Part shown: piece by piece, positions 46,747 to 57,358 of the stretch
Numbering within the stretch: the first letter of the stretch is position 1
Layout: each line of letters begins with the position of its first letter
Assembly (NCBI GenBank): GCA_964503955.1
Contig: CAZDCG010000002.1
Location: forward strand, 141,047-205,046
Origin: an uncultured Gammaproteobacteria bacterium
Lineage (GTDB): Bacteria > Patescibacteriota > Patescibacteriia > VMEV01 > CAYQCH01
Direction: 5' to 3'
DNA: 64,000 nucleotides
Notes under the pieces: generated by a model
Database searches by the model: none
Seen by the model: only the letters and a program-made list of their open reading frames with translations
Told to the model about the DNA's origin: nothing
Translations under genes and position numbers: made by a program

Positions 46747-47862
46747 ATGGTGAACAATAATGCTATTCAAGTCGCTCAAGTTGTTTCCACCTATCCTCCG
46801 TACCGGGGCGGCATGGGGAATATTGCCTATGCCTATACCGATAAACTGCGCCAGAAAGGCCATAACGTGATGGTTTATACGCCTGACTATGGAGCCTCTG
46901 CGGCCGGGCAGGATCATGTCAGGTGTCTAAAACCATTGATACGGTACGGAAACGCGGCCTTTTTACCGCAGCTTCCTTTGCATCTGAAACAGGCAGATAT
47001 CATCCACCTGCATTTGCCATTCTTCGGCGGAGCGGAATGGCTTGCTCTCACAAAACCAAAGGCACCTTTGGTGATCAGCTACCATATGGACGTACAGGGA
47101 TCCGGTTTTTTGAAACCTGTCTTTAAGACGCATCGCAAACTCTTTTTCAAGAAGATGCTAAACAAAGCGGATAAGATACTCGTTTCTACCAGAGACTATG
47201 CTGACCATAGCTGGTTGGCGGCATATCCGGAATTTCAAAACAGGATCGAGATTCTTCCTTTTGGGGTTGATGAAGCGTTTTTGCCGGCGCAAAACCGAGA
47301 GGAAGACGAATCTTGCAGATTTCTATTCGTGGCTGGATTGGATAAAGCGCATTATTTCAAGGGGCTGGATGTCCTCCTTGAGGCCTTGGCGCGTATAAAG
47401 GATCTTCATTGGTCATTAGAGGTAGTAGGCAGCGGCGATTTGCGCCCTGATTATGAACGGACTGCTGCTAATCTTTTGATCCGCGACAGAGTACGCTTCC
47501 TTGGCGGCCTTTCACGACAGGAGCTTATCGCGGCTTACCAGCGAAGCAACGCGACGGTTTTGCCATCTATTGACCGTTCTGAATCATTCGGGCTGGTCCT
47601 GATTGAATCCATGGCCTGCGGCACACCAGTGATTGCATCCGATCTTCCCGGCGTTCGCTCCGTGCTTGTTCCTGGTTCAACAGGCTTTTTGGCAAAAACG
47701 GGAGATGCCTATGACTTGGCTGAAACACTGAAAAAAATGATTGCTTTAGACAAACCTGCGTATCAGCGCATGCGCGAGGCTTCAGCGCGGCTGGTTGATC
47801 AAACCTACAGATGGCCGCGCATTATCAGCCGTCTTGAGGAAATCTACCGCGAGCTTGTATGA
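46747..47862 (+). CDS. GT4 glycosyltransferase
   Basis: YPPYRGGM, KGLDVL, ESFGLVLIESMACGTPV. Confidence 0.92.
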   Translation: MVNNNAIQVAQVVSTYPPYRGGMGNIAYAYTDKLRQKGHNVMVYTPDYGASAAGQDHVRCLKPLIRYGNAAFLPQLPLHLKQADIIHLHLPFFGGAEWLALTKPKAPLVISYHMDVQGSGFLKPVFKTHRKLFFKKMLNKADKILVSTRDYADHSWLAAYPEFQNRIEILPFGVDEAFLPAQNREEDESCRFLFVAGLDKAHYFKGLDVLLEALARIKDLHWSLEVVGSGDLRPDYERTAANLLIRDRVRFLGGLSRQELIAAYQRSNATVLPSIDRSESFGLVLIESMACGTPVIASDLPGVRSVLVPGSTGFLAKTGDAYDLAETLKKMIALDKPAYQRMREASARLVDQTYRWPRIISRLEEIYRELV

Positions 47863-49043
47863 AGATTCTTGTGATTTCCAACCTGTATGAGCCGTATGCC
47901 CGCGGGGGAGCCGAGGTTATCGTCAAGCGTACGATTGAGGAAATGATCAGACAAGGGCATCAGGTCACTCTGATAACGGCAAAACCCTTTTCGGGTTTTT
48001 CATCGCTGAGACCGCAAATGGAATCTCAAGACAGCCTTCGCATCTGGCGTTTTTATCCGCTTAATGTGTTTTTCTACGCGCATGACGGCAAATGGCCTCT
48101 TCCTTTGCGTCTGATCTGGCATGCTTTTGATTTGTTTAACCTTCATTCCGCCTTCCTGGCTGCAAAGCTTCTTAAGCAGGAGCAACCAGACCTTGTCATC
48201 ACGCATAATCTCATGGGGCTTGGATATGTCATGGTGCCGTTGATCCTCAAAAGCAAGGTCCGCCATATCCATATTCTTCATGACATTCAGCTTGCGGTGC
48301 GAAGCGGTTTGATGAAACGGGGAGAGGAAGGGGCTTGGTTTGTCAGCGGTCTCACCGCCAGAATCTATCAGCGGATGGTAAAAAAATTCTTTGGGTCTCC
48401 GGACCGGGTCATTTCTCCTTCAGCCTTTTTGAAGAATTTTTACGCACAAAGGGGGTATTTCCCAAGCACTAAGATGGAAGTACTTAGAAATCCGATTGAC
48501 CCTCGTTTTTTTCAAACAATGCTTGAACATCAGGCTACAGAAGAGATTCGATTCGCTTATGTCGGGCAATTGGCCGAACATAAAGGCATCAAAACGCTCT
48601 TGGCCGCCTTTGAGAGCATGGCGGGAGCTTCTTTACACATTGCGGGCGACGGTCCTTGTCGTAAGCTCGTGGAAGCGGCCGCGTCAAAGAACGCAAATGT
48701 GGTCTATCATGGCAGGTTGCCCAATGAAGCGCTGCCGGCGTTCTTTGAAGAGATAGATGCCACGATTTTGCCGACGGAAACGTATGAGAACTCACCAACC
48801 GTGGTGTTTGAATCGCTTGCTTGCGGCCGGCCGGTGATTGTTAGCCGTATTGGCGGAGCGGCCGAGCCTGTCAAAGAAGGGGAAAATGGGTTTACCTTTG
48901 AGCCGGGGAATATTGACGAATTGAAGAAAAAAATAACAGAAATGATGGGGAAGCATCATTTGATGCGAGAAGCAGCTCGTCAATCCGTTCAGCCCTATCA
49001 GCAAAGCGAATATGTGCGCAAGCTTCTCAGTTTAGAAACCTAA
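47859..49043 (+). CDS. GT4 glycosyltransferase
   Basis: GGAE, GQL..HKGI, ENSP.V.FESLACG.PV. Confidence 0.92.
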   Translation: MKILVISNLYEPYARGGAEVIVKRTIEEMIRQGHQVTLITAKPFSGFSSLRPQMESQDSLRIWRFYPLNVFFYAHDGKWPLPLRLIWHAFDLFNLHSAFLAAKLLKQEQPDLVITHNLMGLGYVMVPLILKSKVRHIHILHDIQLAVRSGLMKRGEEGAWFVSGLTARIYQRMVKKFFGSPDRVISPSAFLKNFYAQRGYFPSTKMEVLRNPIDPRFFQTMLEHQATEEIRFAYVGQLAEHKGIKTLLAAFESMAGASLHIAGDGPCRKLVEAAASKNANVVYHGRLPNEALPAFFEEIDATILPTETYENSPTVVFESLACGRPVIVSRIGGAAEPVKEGENGFTFEPGNIDELKKKITEMMGKHHLMREAARQSVQPYQQSEYVRKLLSLET

Positions 49044-51164
49044 TTCCTCGAGAGAAAATCGATAGGTAAAAATCATGTTTTTCCCGCCCTCGGTTTCGCG
49101 CCGCTCATCGGCTTCATTAGAGGCGATTTGAGCCAGCTGTTCGGCATTATGCCAGTAGTCGCTGAGAATGAAGTGGACCGTTGAGACGCCAGCCTGTTTG
49201 GCGGCTTCAAGCGCCTTGTCGCGCGTCGGTGATCCGTAGACCATGTCTAAATAGAGGCCGTACAAAGTTCCCGAGGTAGGGACTGAGTAAAAAAAGGCTT
49301 CTTCTCCGTTCTGCAGACTGTAGTAGCGGGCAAAGCCGAATTCCTGAATAGCCGCCGCTGAAAGACTCTGATTTGCCAGCACAACGAAATCCTGATCAGG
49401 AGGCAAGAGGCGCACCGTTTGCGTGTCGGCCGCGCGGACATTGTATTGCCGCCCGATCTCGTGCCGGCTATTGCGCGGATAGGAAACGAATAAGGTCGAG
49501 CAAAATACAAGCGGCAAAAACAGGATGAGGAAGAGGGAAAACGATTTAGGTGCTTTATGCAGCTTTTGTTTAAGCCAGATCATGCCAAGCATGAGAATAG
49601 GAAGCAGGGTAAGCAGCGCCAGATAAAAAACCCGCCGCGGATAATCGAGCTGCTCGTAGCCGATCACGGATGGAAAAGGGGAGAAGCCCGCAAGCAGGAC
49701 GGCCCCAAAAGCCAGAGCGAGGGCAAATCCGCCGTAGAAAGAGGCAATTGAGCGCTCTCCTCGATCAAGCAGCCAGATTAACGTGATCAGAGCAAGCAGA
49801 ATGGCAAGCAGAATGCTGCTTTGCCCCAGCAAATAGCCAAACTGGGAAAAGAGATCTCTTGCGGGTGCAAGCCATTGGCCTGGCCAGACCGGCAGCCAAT
49901 GAAGGCTTTCTGCAATGGAATTGAATTTCCAGGCAATAGGTGCTTCTGCGGTTCGTAACCGCTGATCAATCAGAAATGCCGCAGGAATGGCCAGAGAAGA
50001 GATAAGACTATAGAGCAAAATGAAAAACATTCGAACAGGGCGGTCCCATGTGCGGATGGCATTGCGCGCTGACAAGGCAAAGGCAATGAGCATGCTTGGG
50101 ATGCCGGCCAAAGGATGCGTAAACAGCGCAAGAATCGCGCAGGACCAGATAAGCGCAAGCGTCTTTTTCGTGGAAACTTGCTGCCGCAAGAGAGGGAAGG
50201 CGAGCAGCAAGATTGTCAGAAAGAAGAGATCGGCCAAAGCCTGCGGGGTGCTTGAGATAAAAACTCCGTACGGCATGGCCAAAACAAAGATCGCAAGCCA
50301 GAGAGGCGTTCGTTTCGCATCAAAGAAGAAAAGAAGGAGGGGCAAAGCAAACGAGAAAAGGACCGGCACAAGCCAGCGGTCTATTGTCTGCACCGCAATA
50401 CCAAGAAGATGGTGCAAGCCGACCACGATACTATACTGGCCAAGATAATACGGTGTTTTAGGAAGGATTGCTCCTTCTTTGACGATAGCCAACTCAGCCG
50501 CCTGATGCAGGAAAGGATCAAAGCCGTATCCAAGCTTATAGATAATAACTGCAATAGACGTACTGAGAAGCAGGTGGCCGGCTGTCATGAAATAAACAAG
50601 CAAACCAGGCTGCAGAATTCTTGCGCCCGCCAAAACCATGGCGGAAAGGATGAAGTAGAGGATCCAAAAATCAGCTCCAAGGTGATTCCAGGGAGAGAGC
50701 AGAATATCGGTTGTCGATGCTTTTCCGAGCTGAACAAAAAGAGTACTCAGGGTGAAAATGAAGAGGGAAAACAAGACGATCTGACGACGTGATAGCGACT
50801 TCAAGTTGAAATGGATGTCCAAGGGTTCAGCTTCCTCAGCTCCAAGTTTATTGCGCAAAATTGCCAGAATAACCGGCAAAAGCAGGAAAATACCGGCCTG
50901 AAACGGCTTTGAAAGGCCAAAGGCGAGATAGGTGATGAGCTGGAGCAAAGAGAAAAGCAGGAAGAGGATGCCTGCGCCTCCAAGAACCCGCACCCAAGCC
51001 GGATAGCCCTTAAACGCCTGCGCGAGAAAAAGCGATTGAACAACCACAAAAATACCTCCTGAAATCATGCCGACAACCGGATGTTGCCAGATGAACAAAT
51101 TCAGCAAAACAGGAAGCGCCAGAAAAAAGGATGCTGTGATATACTGAAAACTGTTGAGCGTCAT
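49032..51164 (-). CDS. Large multi-pass membrane protein (possibly GT-C-like)
   Basis: 710 aa with many TM segments and YG.DPFLH; located in the glycosylation cluster. Confidence 0.7.
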   Translation of the reverse strand: MTLNSFQYITASFFLALPVLLNLFIWQHPVVGMISGGIFVVVQSLFLAQAFKGYPAWVRVLGGAGILFLLFSLLQLITYLAFGLSKPFQAGIFLLLPVILAILRNKLGAEEAEPLDIHFNLKSLSRRQIVLFSLFIFTLSTLFVQLGKASTTDILLSPWNHLGADFWILYFILSAMVLAGARILQPGLLVYFMTAGHLLLSTSIAVIIYKLGYGFDPFLHQAAELAIVKEGAILPKTPYYLGQYSIVVGLHHLLGIAVQTIDRWLVPVLFSFALPLLLFFFDAKRTPLWLAIFVLAMPYGVFISSTPQALADLFFLTILLLAFPLLRQQVSTKKTLALIWSCAILALFTHPLAGIPSMLIAFALSARNAIRTWDRPVRMFFILLYSLISSLAIPAAFLIDQRLRTAEAPIAWKFNSIAESLHWLPVWPGQWLAPARDLFSQFGYLLGQSSILLAILLALITLIWLLDRGERSIASFYGGFALALAFGAVLLAGFSPFPSVIGYEQLDYPRRVFYLALLTLLPILMLGMIWLKQKLHKAPKSFSLFLILFLPLVFCSTLFVSYPRNSRHEIGRQYNVRAADTQTVRLLPPDQDFVVLANQSLSAAAIQEFGFARYYSLQNGEEAFFYSVPTSGTLYGLYLDMVYGSPTRDKALEAAKQAGVSTVHFILSDYWHNAEQLAQIASNEADERRETEGGKNMIFTYRFSLEELGF

Positions 51165-51208
51165 AGAATGCTTGATTTTTTAAGTATAGCACAGCTATCC
51201 GCTTCATT

Positions 51209-51778
51209 ATGCAGACCTCGCTGGTCAAACCGCATGACCGCTTCCTGGCAAAGACCTTGCTTCGCCTGATTCCGGGGTGGGTTCAGCCAAATCATTTGAC
51301 CATCGCCCGCTTTGTCACCACGCCGCTTGTCATGTGGATTACCATTCAAAAACAATATGCTTTGGCAATTCCGGTATTTCTGCTGATCGCCTTTACCGAT
51401 GTGCTTGACGGATCCCTGGCCCGCGTTCGTTCACGCGTGACTTCATGGGGGAAAATCTACGATCCCGTGGCTGACAAACTCTTGATCGGCTCGCTCGTGG
51501 CTATTCTTGTGATTCAACACCTCGGCTTTTATCTGGGGCTTGCCATTCTGCTTATCGAATCTTCTTTTATCGCATTGGGGTGGTGGAAATTACTAAACGG
51601 GCATCAGGTGCAGGCAAATAGATGGGGGAAGGTAAAAATGTTTCTTGAAGTGCTGGCCGTTACCTTGCTGCTCATCGGATTGGCTACGGGAGTACAGGAA
51701 TTATTCGGTATCTCGGCCACAACGCTGTATCTGGCCATATTCTTTGCGGTCATCAGCTTATTTACGAGCGGAATATGA
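51209..51778 (+). CDS. CDP-alcohol phosphatidyltransferase (PgsA-like)
   Basis: PNHLT..R, TDVLDGSLAR, GKIYDPVADK. Confidence 0.9.
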   Translation: MQTSLVKPHDRFLAKTLLRLIPGWVQPNHLTIARFVTTPLVMWITIQKQYALAIPVFLLIAFTDVLDGSLARVRSRVTSWGKIYDPVADKLLIGSLVAILVIQHLGFYLGLAILLIESSFIALGWWKLLNGHQVQANRWGKVKMFLEVLAVTLLLIGLATGVQELFGISATTLYLAIFFAVISLFTSGI

Positions 51779-52317
51779 TCCTGCTGCTAAAATCGCTTTT
51801 CTTTGCGCTGCCGATCTTTGCGGGAAATATCGCCCCCGTTCTTGTGAAACGGGTTCGTTTTCTTTCCGCTCCCATCGATGGCGGAAGGTTCTTTCGCGGG
51901 CAGCGGATTCTAGGCGATCATAAAACATGGAGAGGGCTGATTTCAGGTGTTTTGCTTGGGGCTTTTACCGGACTCATACAGGCGGTCTTGTTTGCCCGCT
52001 TTGAGGTGATCAGAGAAATCAGCGTGGTTGAATATCATCTGTCGTTTGCGGTGATACTGGGAGCCATCATGGGGTTTGGCGCGCTTGCGGGCGACGCGGT
52101 CAAAAGTTTCTTCAAGCGCCGCGCAGGCCTGCCATCCGGATCCTCCTGGCCTTTGTATGACCAGCTTGATTTCATTATCGGCGGTCTGCTCTTTGCGGCA
52201 CTGCTGGTCAATCCTGGGCTTGATGTCATATTAATCCTCTTCTTTGTCACCCCGTTTTTGCATTTGTTCACCAATATGCTTTCCTATGCTATTGGCCTTA
52301 AAGAGGTACCCTGGTAG
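51775..52317 (+). CDS. carS: CDP-archaeol synthase-like (CarS/DUF46) protein
   Basis: PIDGG..FRG.RILGD.KTWRG, GAL.GD..KSF.KRR..L..G..WP..DQLDF. Confidence 0.82.
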   Translation: MILLLKSLFFALPIFAGNIAPVLVKRVRFLSAPIDGGRFFRGQRILGDHKTWRGLISGVLLGAFTGLIQAVLFARFEVIREISVVEYHLSFAVILGAIMGFGALAGDAVKSFFKRRAGLPSGSSWPLYDQLDFIIGGLLFAALLVNPGLDVILILFFVTPFLHLFTNMLSYAIGLKEVPW

Positions 52318-52319
52318 GT

Positions 52320-52925
52320 ATGGATCTTGATCTCATCAATAAAAGAGGACAGCAATTGCGGGCAAAGCTTTTTGCCCCGATTTTCCCGATTCTGACAAAG
52401 CTTGGCTTTACCCCCATGCGTTTGACCTGCCTGCGATTGATCGGCGGAGTGGTATTTGTCTTTATGCTTCCAAAAGCACCAAAGACGGCTTTTATCATTC
52501 TCATGCTCGCGGCTTTGCTAGACTGGATAGACGGCGGACTTGCCAGGTATCAGCAGGTCGCGTCTGACCGCGGAAAATTCTGGGACGTGCTTGTGGACCA
52601 TACAAACTATGTTCTGGCCGTCTTCGCGTTTATCAGGCTTGGCGTTTTTTCGCCCGTGATCCTTTCATACCACCTTGTCATCGTTCCCATTCTCTACCTC
52701 CTGGCGACAATCAAAGAAAGCGAGCACCGTAAAACTGATTGGATCATCTATCCGTTCTATGCAATCGTCTACTTCAAGCCAGTCGGTATTCTCGTGGCAT
52801 TTCTGTATATCTGGTTTGAGATCAATCAGGTGAATCTGGTGATTGCTCTGCTCAATGCGGTTATGACGCTTTTTGCCGTAAGGTTTGCGATAGAGTTGCA
52901 TCAGCGGTGGAAAAAACAATCATGA
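52320..52925 (+). CDS. CDP-alcohol phosphatidyltransferase family protein
   Basis: TP..LT..R, LDWIDGGLAR, GKFWDVLVD. Confidence 0.88.
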   Translation: MDLDLINKRGQQLRAKLFAPIFPILTKLGFTPMRLTCLRLIGGVVFVFMLPKAPKTAFIILMLAALLDWIDGGLARYQQVASDRGKFWDVLVDHTNYVLAVFAFIRLGVFSPVILSYHLVIVPILYLLATIKESEHRKTDWIIYPFYAIVYFKPVGILVAFLYIWFEINQVNLVIALLNAVMTLFAVRFAIELHQRWKKQS

Positions 52926-54511
52926 GTTTACTCAAACGATTTCGGAAATTTCTGCTTGATCAACCGGCGGCTGCGCTGGTTCTTTTGGCTCTGCCATTTG
53001 TCTTCATCTACGGAAGCTTTTATCTTGGATCTGGCCAGATCTATAATTCTCCTGATGAAACCGCCAATGCCGTTTTTTTACAGCGATACGCACAGGAACA
53101 AACATTTTTTTACCCGATTGAAAGCGATTTGCCCGAACAGGTAATGCCTCGAAGTGTACAGCGCAGGGGAGCATATCTGGTTCCCACAGGATTTTTGGGC
53201 TTGCCGTTGTTTTACGGCCTGCTTGTGGCAGTGCTTGGTGTATGGATCATGCCATTTCTTACACCCCTTTTTGCAGCCGGTGCGTCGGTCGCGTTTTTCT
53301 TCATTTTGCGGCGGGTTTTTGATGAGAAAACCGCCTTTCTCTCGGCGGTCTTTTTGCTTTTTCTGCCGCAATGGTGGCATTTTGCCGCCAAAGGGTTTTT
53401 GCCCAATGTCCCTTTCTTTGCCTGTTTTCTGATTGGCCTGTCTCTGCTCATTGCCGCGCATGATGCGCTTGTGCGAACAAAGCAGGCGGGGCTTGGCTTG
53501 ATGGGAGGCGTTTTCGTTGCTGCCGCTTTGCTGATTCGGCCGGCGGAAATGTGGTGGTTCATTTTTGTGTTCATGGTTCTTGGAGTTGTTTATCGCAACC
53601 GGATTCGCCTGGCGGCTTTGATTGGCATGGCAGCGGGAGGGGGGCTTATGCTGCTTGTATGGATGCCTGTTCAGGTACAGACATATGGCTCGCTTTTTGC
53701 CAGCGGATACGGAACGGGGCAGGCCATAACCGGAGAATCGGCCGCGGCTTTTTCATCTGTGTTCTTTCCCTTTGGAATCGATTTGTTCAGGGTTTTCGCT
53801 TCCATGTTCTCATTTATTGTTCAACTGTTTTGGTGGCAGATTTTACTTGCCTGTGCGGGGATGATTTTTCTTTGGAAAGGCGGACAATCTCTTTCTCATC
53901 ATCAACGGGTCTATGTTGGGATCAGCATAGCGGTGGCCGTTTACCTCTTTTTGCTCTATGGTTCCTGGCCGATTCAGGATGATCTTGATCCGGATCGGGT
54001 GAGCATCGGTATTTCCTATGTCCGGTACTGGCTTCCTGTTTTTGTCGCGCTCATTCCGTTCATGGTGATAGGCATAGACCGGCTGGCAAATATGATCATG
54101 CCAAAGGCGAAGAAGGCAGGCGCCGTCTTCTTTGTTGCCGTCCTGCTCGCTCATACGGTCTTTGTCCATGCCGCCGGCGACGATCATCTTTCTGCGCTCA
54201 GGAAAAATATTGTACACTACCAGCAGCTGCGCGAGCTTGCTTCCACTTTGCCGGAATCATCAATCATTTTAAGCGAGCGCATGGACAAAGTCTTTTGGCC
54301 TGAGCGCAAGGTGATTGAAATCAGGGGAGACAGATTCACCATTCTTGATGATCTTGCCCCGACGCAAGAACGCCTCTTCTGGTTTACCATCCTGCCGGCT
54401 GATCATGTGGGCGTGCTTGAGCAGCGCGAATTTCTGCCCCGCGGATACCGGCTAAACAAGGCCTTTTCGCATGAGGCCGGCACCATGTATCAGCTCATTC
54501 CTCGACTATGA
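52922..54511 (+). CDS. GT-C fold membrane glycosyltransferase (ArnT/PMT-like)
   Basis: SPDE in the first loop, many TMs, LLIRP, RYWLP. Confidence 0.7.
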   Translation: MSLLKRFRKFLLDQPAAALVLLALPFVFIYGSFYLGSGQIYNSPDETANAVFLQRYAQEQTFFYPIESDLPEQVMPRSVQRRGAYLVPTGFLGLPLFYGLLVAVLGVWIMPFLTPLFAAGASVAFFFILRRVFDEKTAFLSAVFLLFLPQWWHFAAKGFLPNVPFFACFLIGLSLLIAAHDALVRTKQAGLGLMGGVFVAAALLIRPAEMWWFIFVFMVLGVVYRNRIRLAALIGMAAGGGLMLLVWMPVQVQTYGSLFASGYGTGQAITGESAAAFSSVFFPFGIDLFRVFASMFSFIVQLFWWQILLACAGMIFLWKGGQSLSHHQRVYVGISIAVAVYLFLLYGSWPIQDDLDPDRVSIGISYVRYWLPVFVALIPFMVIGIDRLANMIMPKAKKAGAVFFVAVLLAHTVFVHAAGDDHLSALRKNIVHYQQLRELASTLPESSIILSERMDKVFWPERKVIEIRGDRFTILDDLAPTQERLFWFTILPADHVGVLEQREFLPRGYRLNKAFSHEAGTMYQLIPRL

Positions 54512-56010
54512 CCGCTTATTCTTACCAACGGATTTTGCTTGCGGTACGGATTCTCCTCATCCTGAGCTTTATCGGGATTTTTGGCTTTCTTGTTTCCAGA
54601 GATTTGGTTCTATCCGGCAAGATCAGCTATACATTCGATTTTTTGCGTTCAACTCCGTTCTTTTCAGAAGCCGTGCCGCTTGACCGCACAGAAAAGACGA
54701 GCGCGGGCGTGCGTATCATTGATGAGCCGGTCTATGTTTCATTGTTTTATCCGCGTCCGTTTCAGCAGGTTGACGTGCAAGTGGAATTTTCAAACCCGGA
54801 TCTGCTTTTTCTAGAAATGGGGCCGTTGACAGGAATCCCTGAAACCTATGACAGGCAGGCGCTCTATCATCCTCAGCTTGAACAATTAACTGTTTCATCT
54901 GACTGGCTGCTGTCTGACAATGATCTTTTCCAGCGGCAGAGTGCTGATTACCGGTACGCGTCTGCCGACCAGCTTTTTGACCAGCCGGCCGCTCAGCAGC
55001 TTGTCGGTTATTACGGTTTTGACTGGCCAACCCCGTACCTGCCTGAATTCACGTCGCAAAGAGAAGCATCGATTCTGTATCCATTGCATGGGCCGCATAA
55101 AACGCTTATTGCACTTAATCAGGATCAACTTGATTTGCGCCTCACCGTAAGCAGCTATCATGATCTGGCCGGCGACGATCATGTCACCGTCCGCCTGCGC
55201 GACTGGCAGGGGAATGAGCTTGCCGTGCGTAGAATCGATCAGGAGGAAAGGCCGCTTGGCGTGACGGGAAATAAGCTCACGGAAGAGTTGCAATTTACGG
55301 GCCTGACGTATCCAGCCGTCTATCGTCTCGACATTGAAACAACAAACGATACGGTGATCCATGAGCTTGAAGTAAATACGCCGTATCTTGTTTTTGACGG
55401 GTCCATCCGTCTGGCCGGCGGCCCGCAATATGAAGAGGCGTACGGTTCGCTTGATATCAGCGGTTCGTCCTTGATTTCAGGTGCGCGATCCTGGCATGCA
55501 GTTACGGAGTCTTTTGATTCTTTGCAGACCTTGCGCATGGCGGATGCCTCCGTGACATTGGCTCGGCCGCTTGAGGCTGTGCGATTTTCTCCGGCCAGGT
55601 CTTTCCGTTTTCTCATCAATCGCGGGTATGAAATTTATCTTCAAAAAGGCGATGTGATGCTGCAGGGCAAAGGAGTTTTTGCAATGACGCAAAACGCGTA
55701 CTTCAACCCGTATCCGTGGTTTGTGGACGGTTCGCTTGATCCGGACCTGCTTGGAATCGACTATGTTGCCGTCCAGTACCGTCCGGTTGAACGTGATGGC
55801 AGCCGGTTCAGGCAAACCATCAACGTCGATTTGGCCAAGGCTTTTGCTCCTGAAAAGCAGCTGCGCATGCAGATTGCCGCTCCGCGCATGTTTGAAGGCC
55901 AGTCATTTGAACTGCATCGTCTGGAGGCTCATTTCTCCTCTGAACCTGTAACGTTCTCTAATGCCAAAGAAAAGTTTATACGCTTCTTTAAGCGGGAAAT
56001 TCTTCGCTGA
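54508..56010 (+). CDS. Hypothetical membrane-anchored protein
   Basis: 500 aa with N-terminal TM; overlapping start/stop in the operon. Confidence 0.7.
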   Translation: MTAYSYQRILLAVRILLILSFIGIFGFLVSRDLVLSGKISYTFDFLRSTPFFSEAVPLDRTEKTSAGVRIIDEPVYVSLFYPRPFQQVDVQVEFSNPDLLFLEMGPLTGIPETYDRQALYHPQLEQLTVSSDWLLSDNDLFQRQSADYRYASADQLFDQPAAQQLVGYYGFDWPTPYLPEFTSQREASILYPLHGPHKTLIALNQDQLDLRLTVSSYHDLAGDDHVTVRLRDWQGNELAVRRIDQEERPLGVTGNKLTEELQFTGLTYPAVYRLDIETTNDTVIHELEVNTPYLVFDGSIRLAGGPQYEEAYGSLDISGSSLISGARSWHAVTESFDSLQTLRMADASVTLARPLEAVRFSPARSFRFLINRGYEIYLQKGDVMLQGKGVFAMTQNAYFNPYPWFVDGSLDPDLLGIDYVAVQYRPVERDGSRFRQTINVDLAKAFAPEKQLRMQIAAPRMFEGQSFELHRLEAHFSSEPVTFSNAKEKFIRFFKREILR

Positions 56011-56011
56011 T

Positions 56012-56398
56012 ATGCCTGACCACCATTCCATTCATCGCCTGTTTTGGCTGAAGCTCACTCGAGACATTTTTTCCTACTCGTTTGTTTTCTGGCTGCTTTT
56101 GCTGGTGATGGAAATCATCAAAAAAGGAATCGTGTCCAACTATCTTTCATTGCCGCATTTTGCACTGCTGATTGGTCTTGCCGCGCTCGTGCATCTTGCT
56201 ATCCGTCCTGCAGATACGCTCGCGGAGCAAAAGCCTTCCCGATTTAAGCCATGGCAAATCAATACATTTCTTTCCGTGCTGGCGGCCGTGTTGATTTTGA
56301 TCACGGTTGAAGCATCCGCGGCGTTAACCATTCTTCTCGTCCTTGTTTCCACAGCCACGATTTGGGTGGTGATGGATGTGGTGGGGGAAAAGCCGTGA
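56012..56398 (+). CDS. Hypothetical membrane protein
   Basis: Four TM segments. Confidence 0.6.
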   Translation: MPDHHSIHRLFWLKLTRDIFSYSFVFWLLLLVMEIIKKGIVSNYLSLPHFALLIGLAALVHLAIRPADTLAEQKPSRFKPWQINTFLSVLAAVLILITVEASAALTILLVLVSTATIWVVMDVVGEKP

Positions 56399-56419
56399 TG
56401 AAGCTTGCGGCAGGCCGAC

Positions 56420-56560
56420 GGCATCCCGAGCGAAATGAATAACTTATATGTAGCTCCCTGTCGTCATTCCCGCGCACGGGTAGGCACGGTATCCCGAGCG
56501 GAATGATCAGTCTTTAAGCAGCTCTCTTTCGTCATTCCCGCGCAGGCGGGAATGACGGGA
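56420..56560. repeat. dRS3-like ATTCCC-N8-GGGAAT palindromes
   Basis: CGTCATTCCCGCGCAGGCGGGAATGACG at 56530-56557 and a degenerate copy at 56462-56507. Confidence 0.7.
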
Positions 56561-56570
56561 ACATTAAATT

Positions 56571-56600
56571 AAAAAAAGCCCGGTTGGTGGGGCTTTTTTA
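56571..56600. terminator. Bidirectional terminator
   Basis: AAAAAAAGCCC...GGGCTTTTTT. Confidence 0.65.
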
Positions 56601-56678
56601 TTATACCGGATGTCTTCTTAAAAAACACGACCCGCGGAGCGGAGGTGGCTCACCGCGGGTCGGGGAGAATGGGCTGAG

Positions 56679-57053
56679 TCAGTTCTCCTGAGCGCTGTTC
56701 CGGAGAAACTCATCGGCAGCGTTCGCGAGGTCTTGACGAAACTCATCGGTGTCTAGAGCCTCGACGAGTTCATCGATGCACTCCTCATCCTCGTTCTCTT
56801 TCTCGATGCGATCCCACTCTTCATTGATGTACGCGAGCTGCTTCAGCATGTACTTCCTGTGTTCCTCTGAGCAGGCTGCGCACCTGTTTTCCTTGATGTG
56901 CGTGACAAGACATCGTCTGCTGTCAGCTAGGGCCTGACATATCTTTTGATCGCGCTCGTTCGTGTGAGGTAGATTGCCGAGCCGATTTACCTCAGCACGT
57001 GCGTCTGAGACGATGCGGGAACCTTCCTCACAATATCCTTTTTGACTCGACAT
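56679..57053 (-). CDS. Hypothetical protein (Cys-containing, acidic C-terminus)
   Basis: SD GAAGGAG before the ATG at 57053; downstream hairpin. Confidence 0.55.
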   Translation of the reverse strand: MSSQKGYCEEGSRIVSDARAEVNRLGNLPHTNERDQKICQALADSRRCLVTHIKENRCAACSEEHRKYMLKQLAYINEEWDRIEKENEDEECIDELVEALDTDEFRQDLANAADEFLRNSAQEN

Positions 57054-57188
57054 GCAGCACTCCTTCTTAGCCAGGTTCAATGATGTTTATCACGAATTTA
57101 CTAGTTTGTCAATGTTATGTTTGATCTTTGCCTACAAAAAAGGCAATATGAAAAAGCTGGACTCCCCGAAAGAGTCCATTTTGCTATA

Positions 57189-57277
57189 GACCTCTGTCGG
57201 TCGCAGGCTCTGTCTGCGACCGTGACGACGAGGCTTTCTCGACGGGCGGGGACAGAGCCCCACGCCCGACAAGGGTC
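57189..57277. repeat. REP-like doublet
   Basis: TGTCGG.CG hairpin ... GGGCG hairpin CGCCCGACA; related copy at 60381-60456. Confidence 0.6.
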
Positions 57278-57358
57278 CATTTGCTATATACTAGCTGAGT
57301 AACCAGACAAAAACAGTCCTGGTCTCGCTAATCTGCCTCAGTCTAATGATCACCCCAC

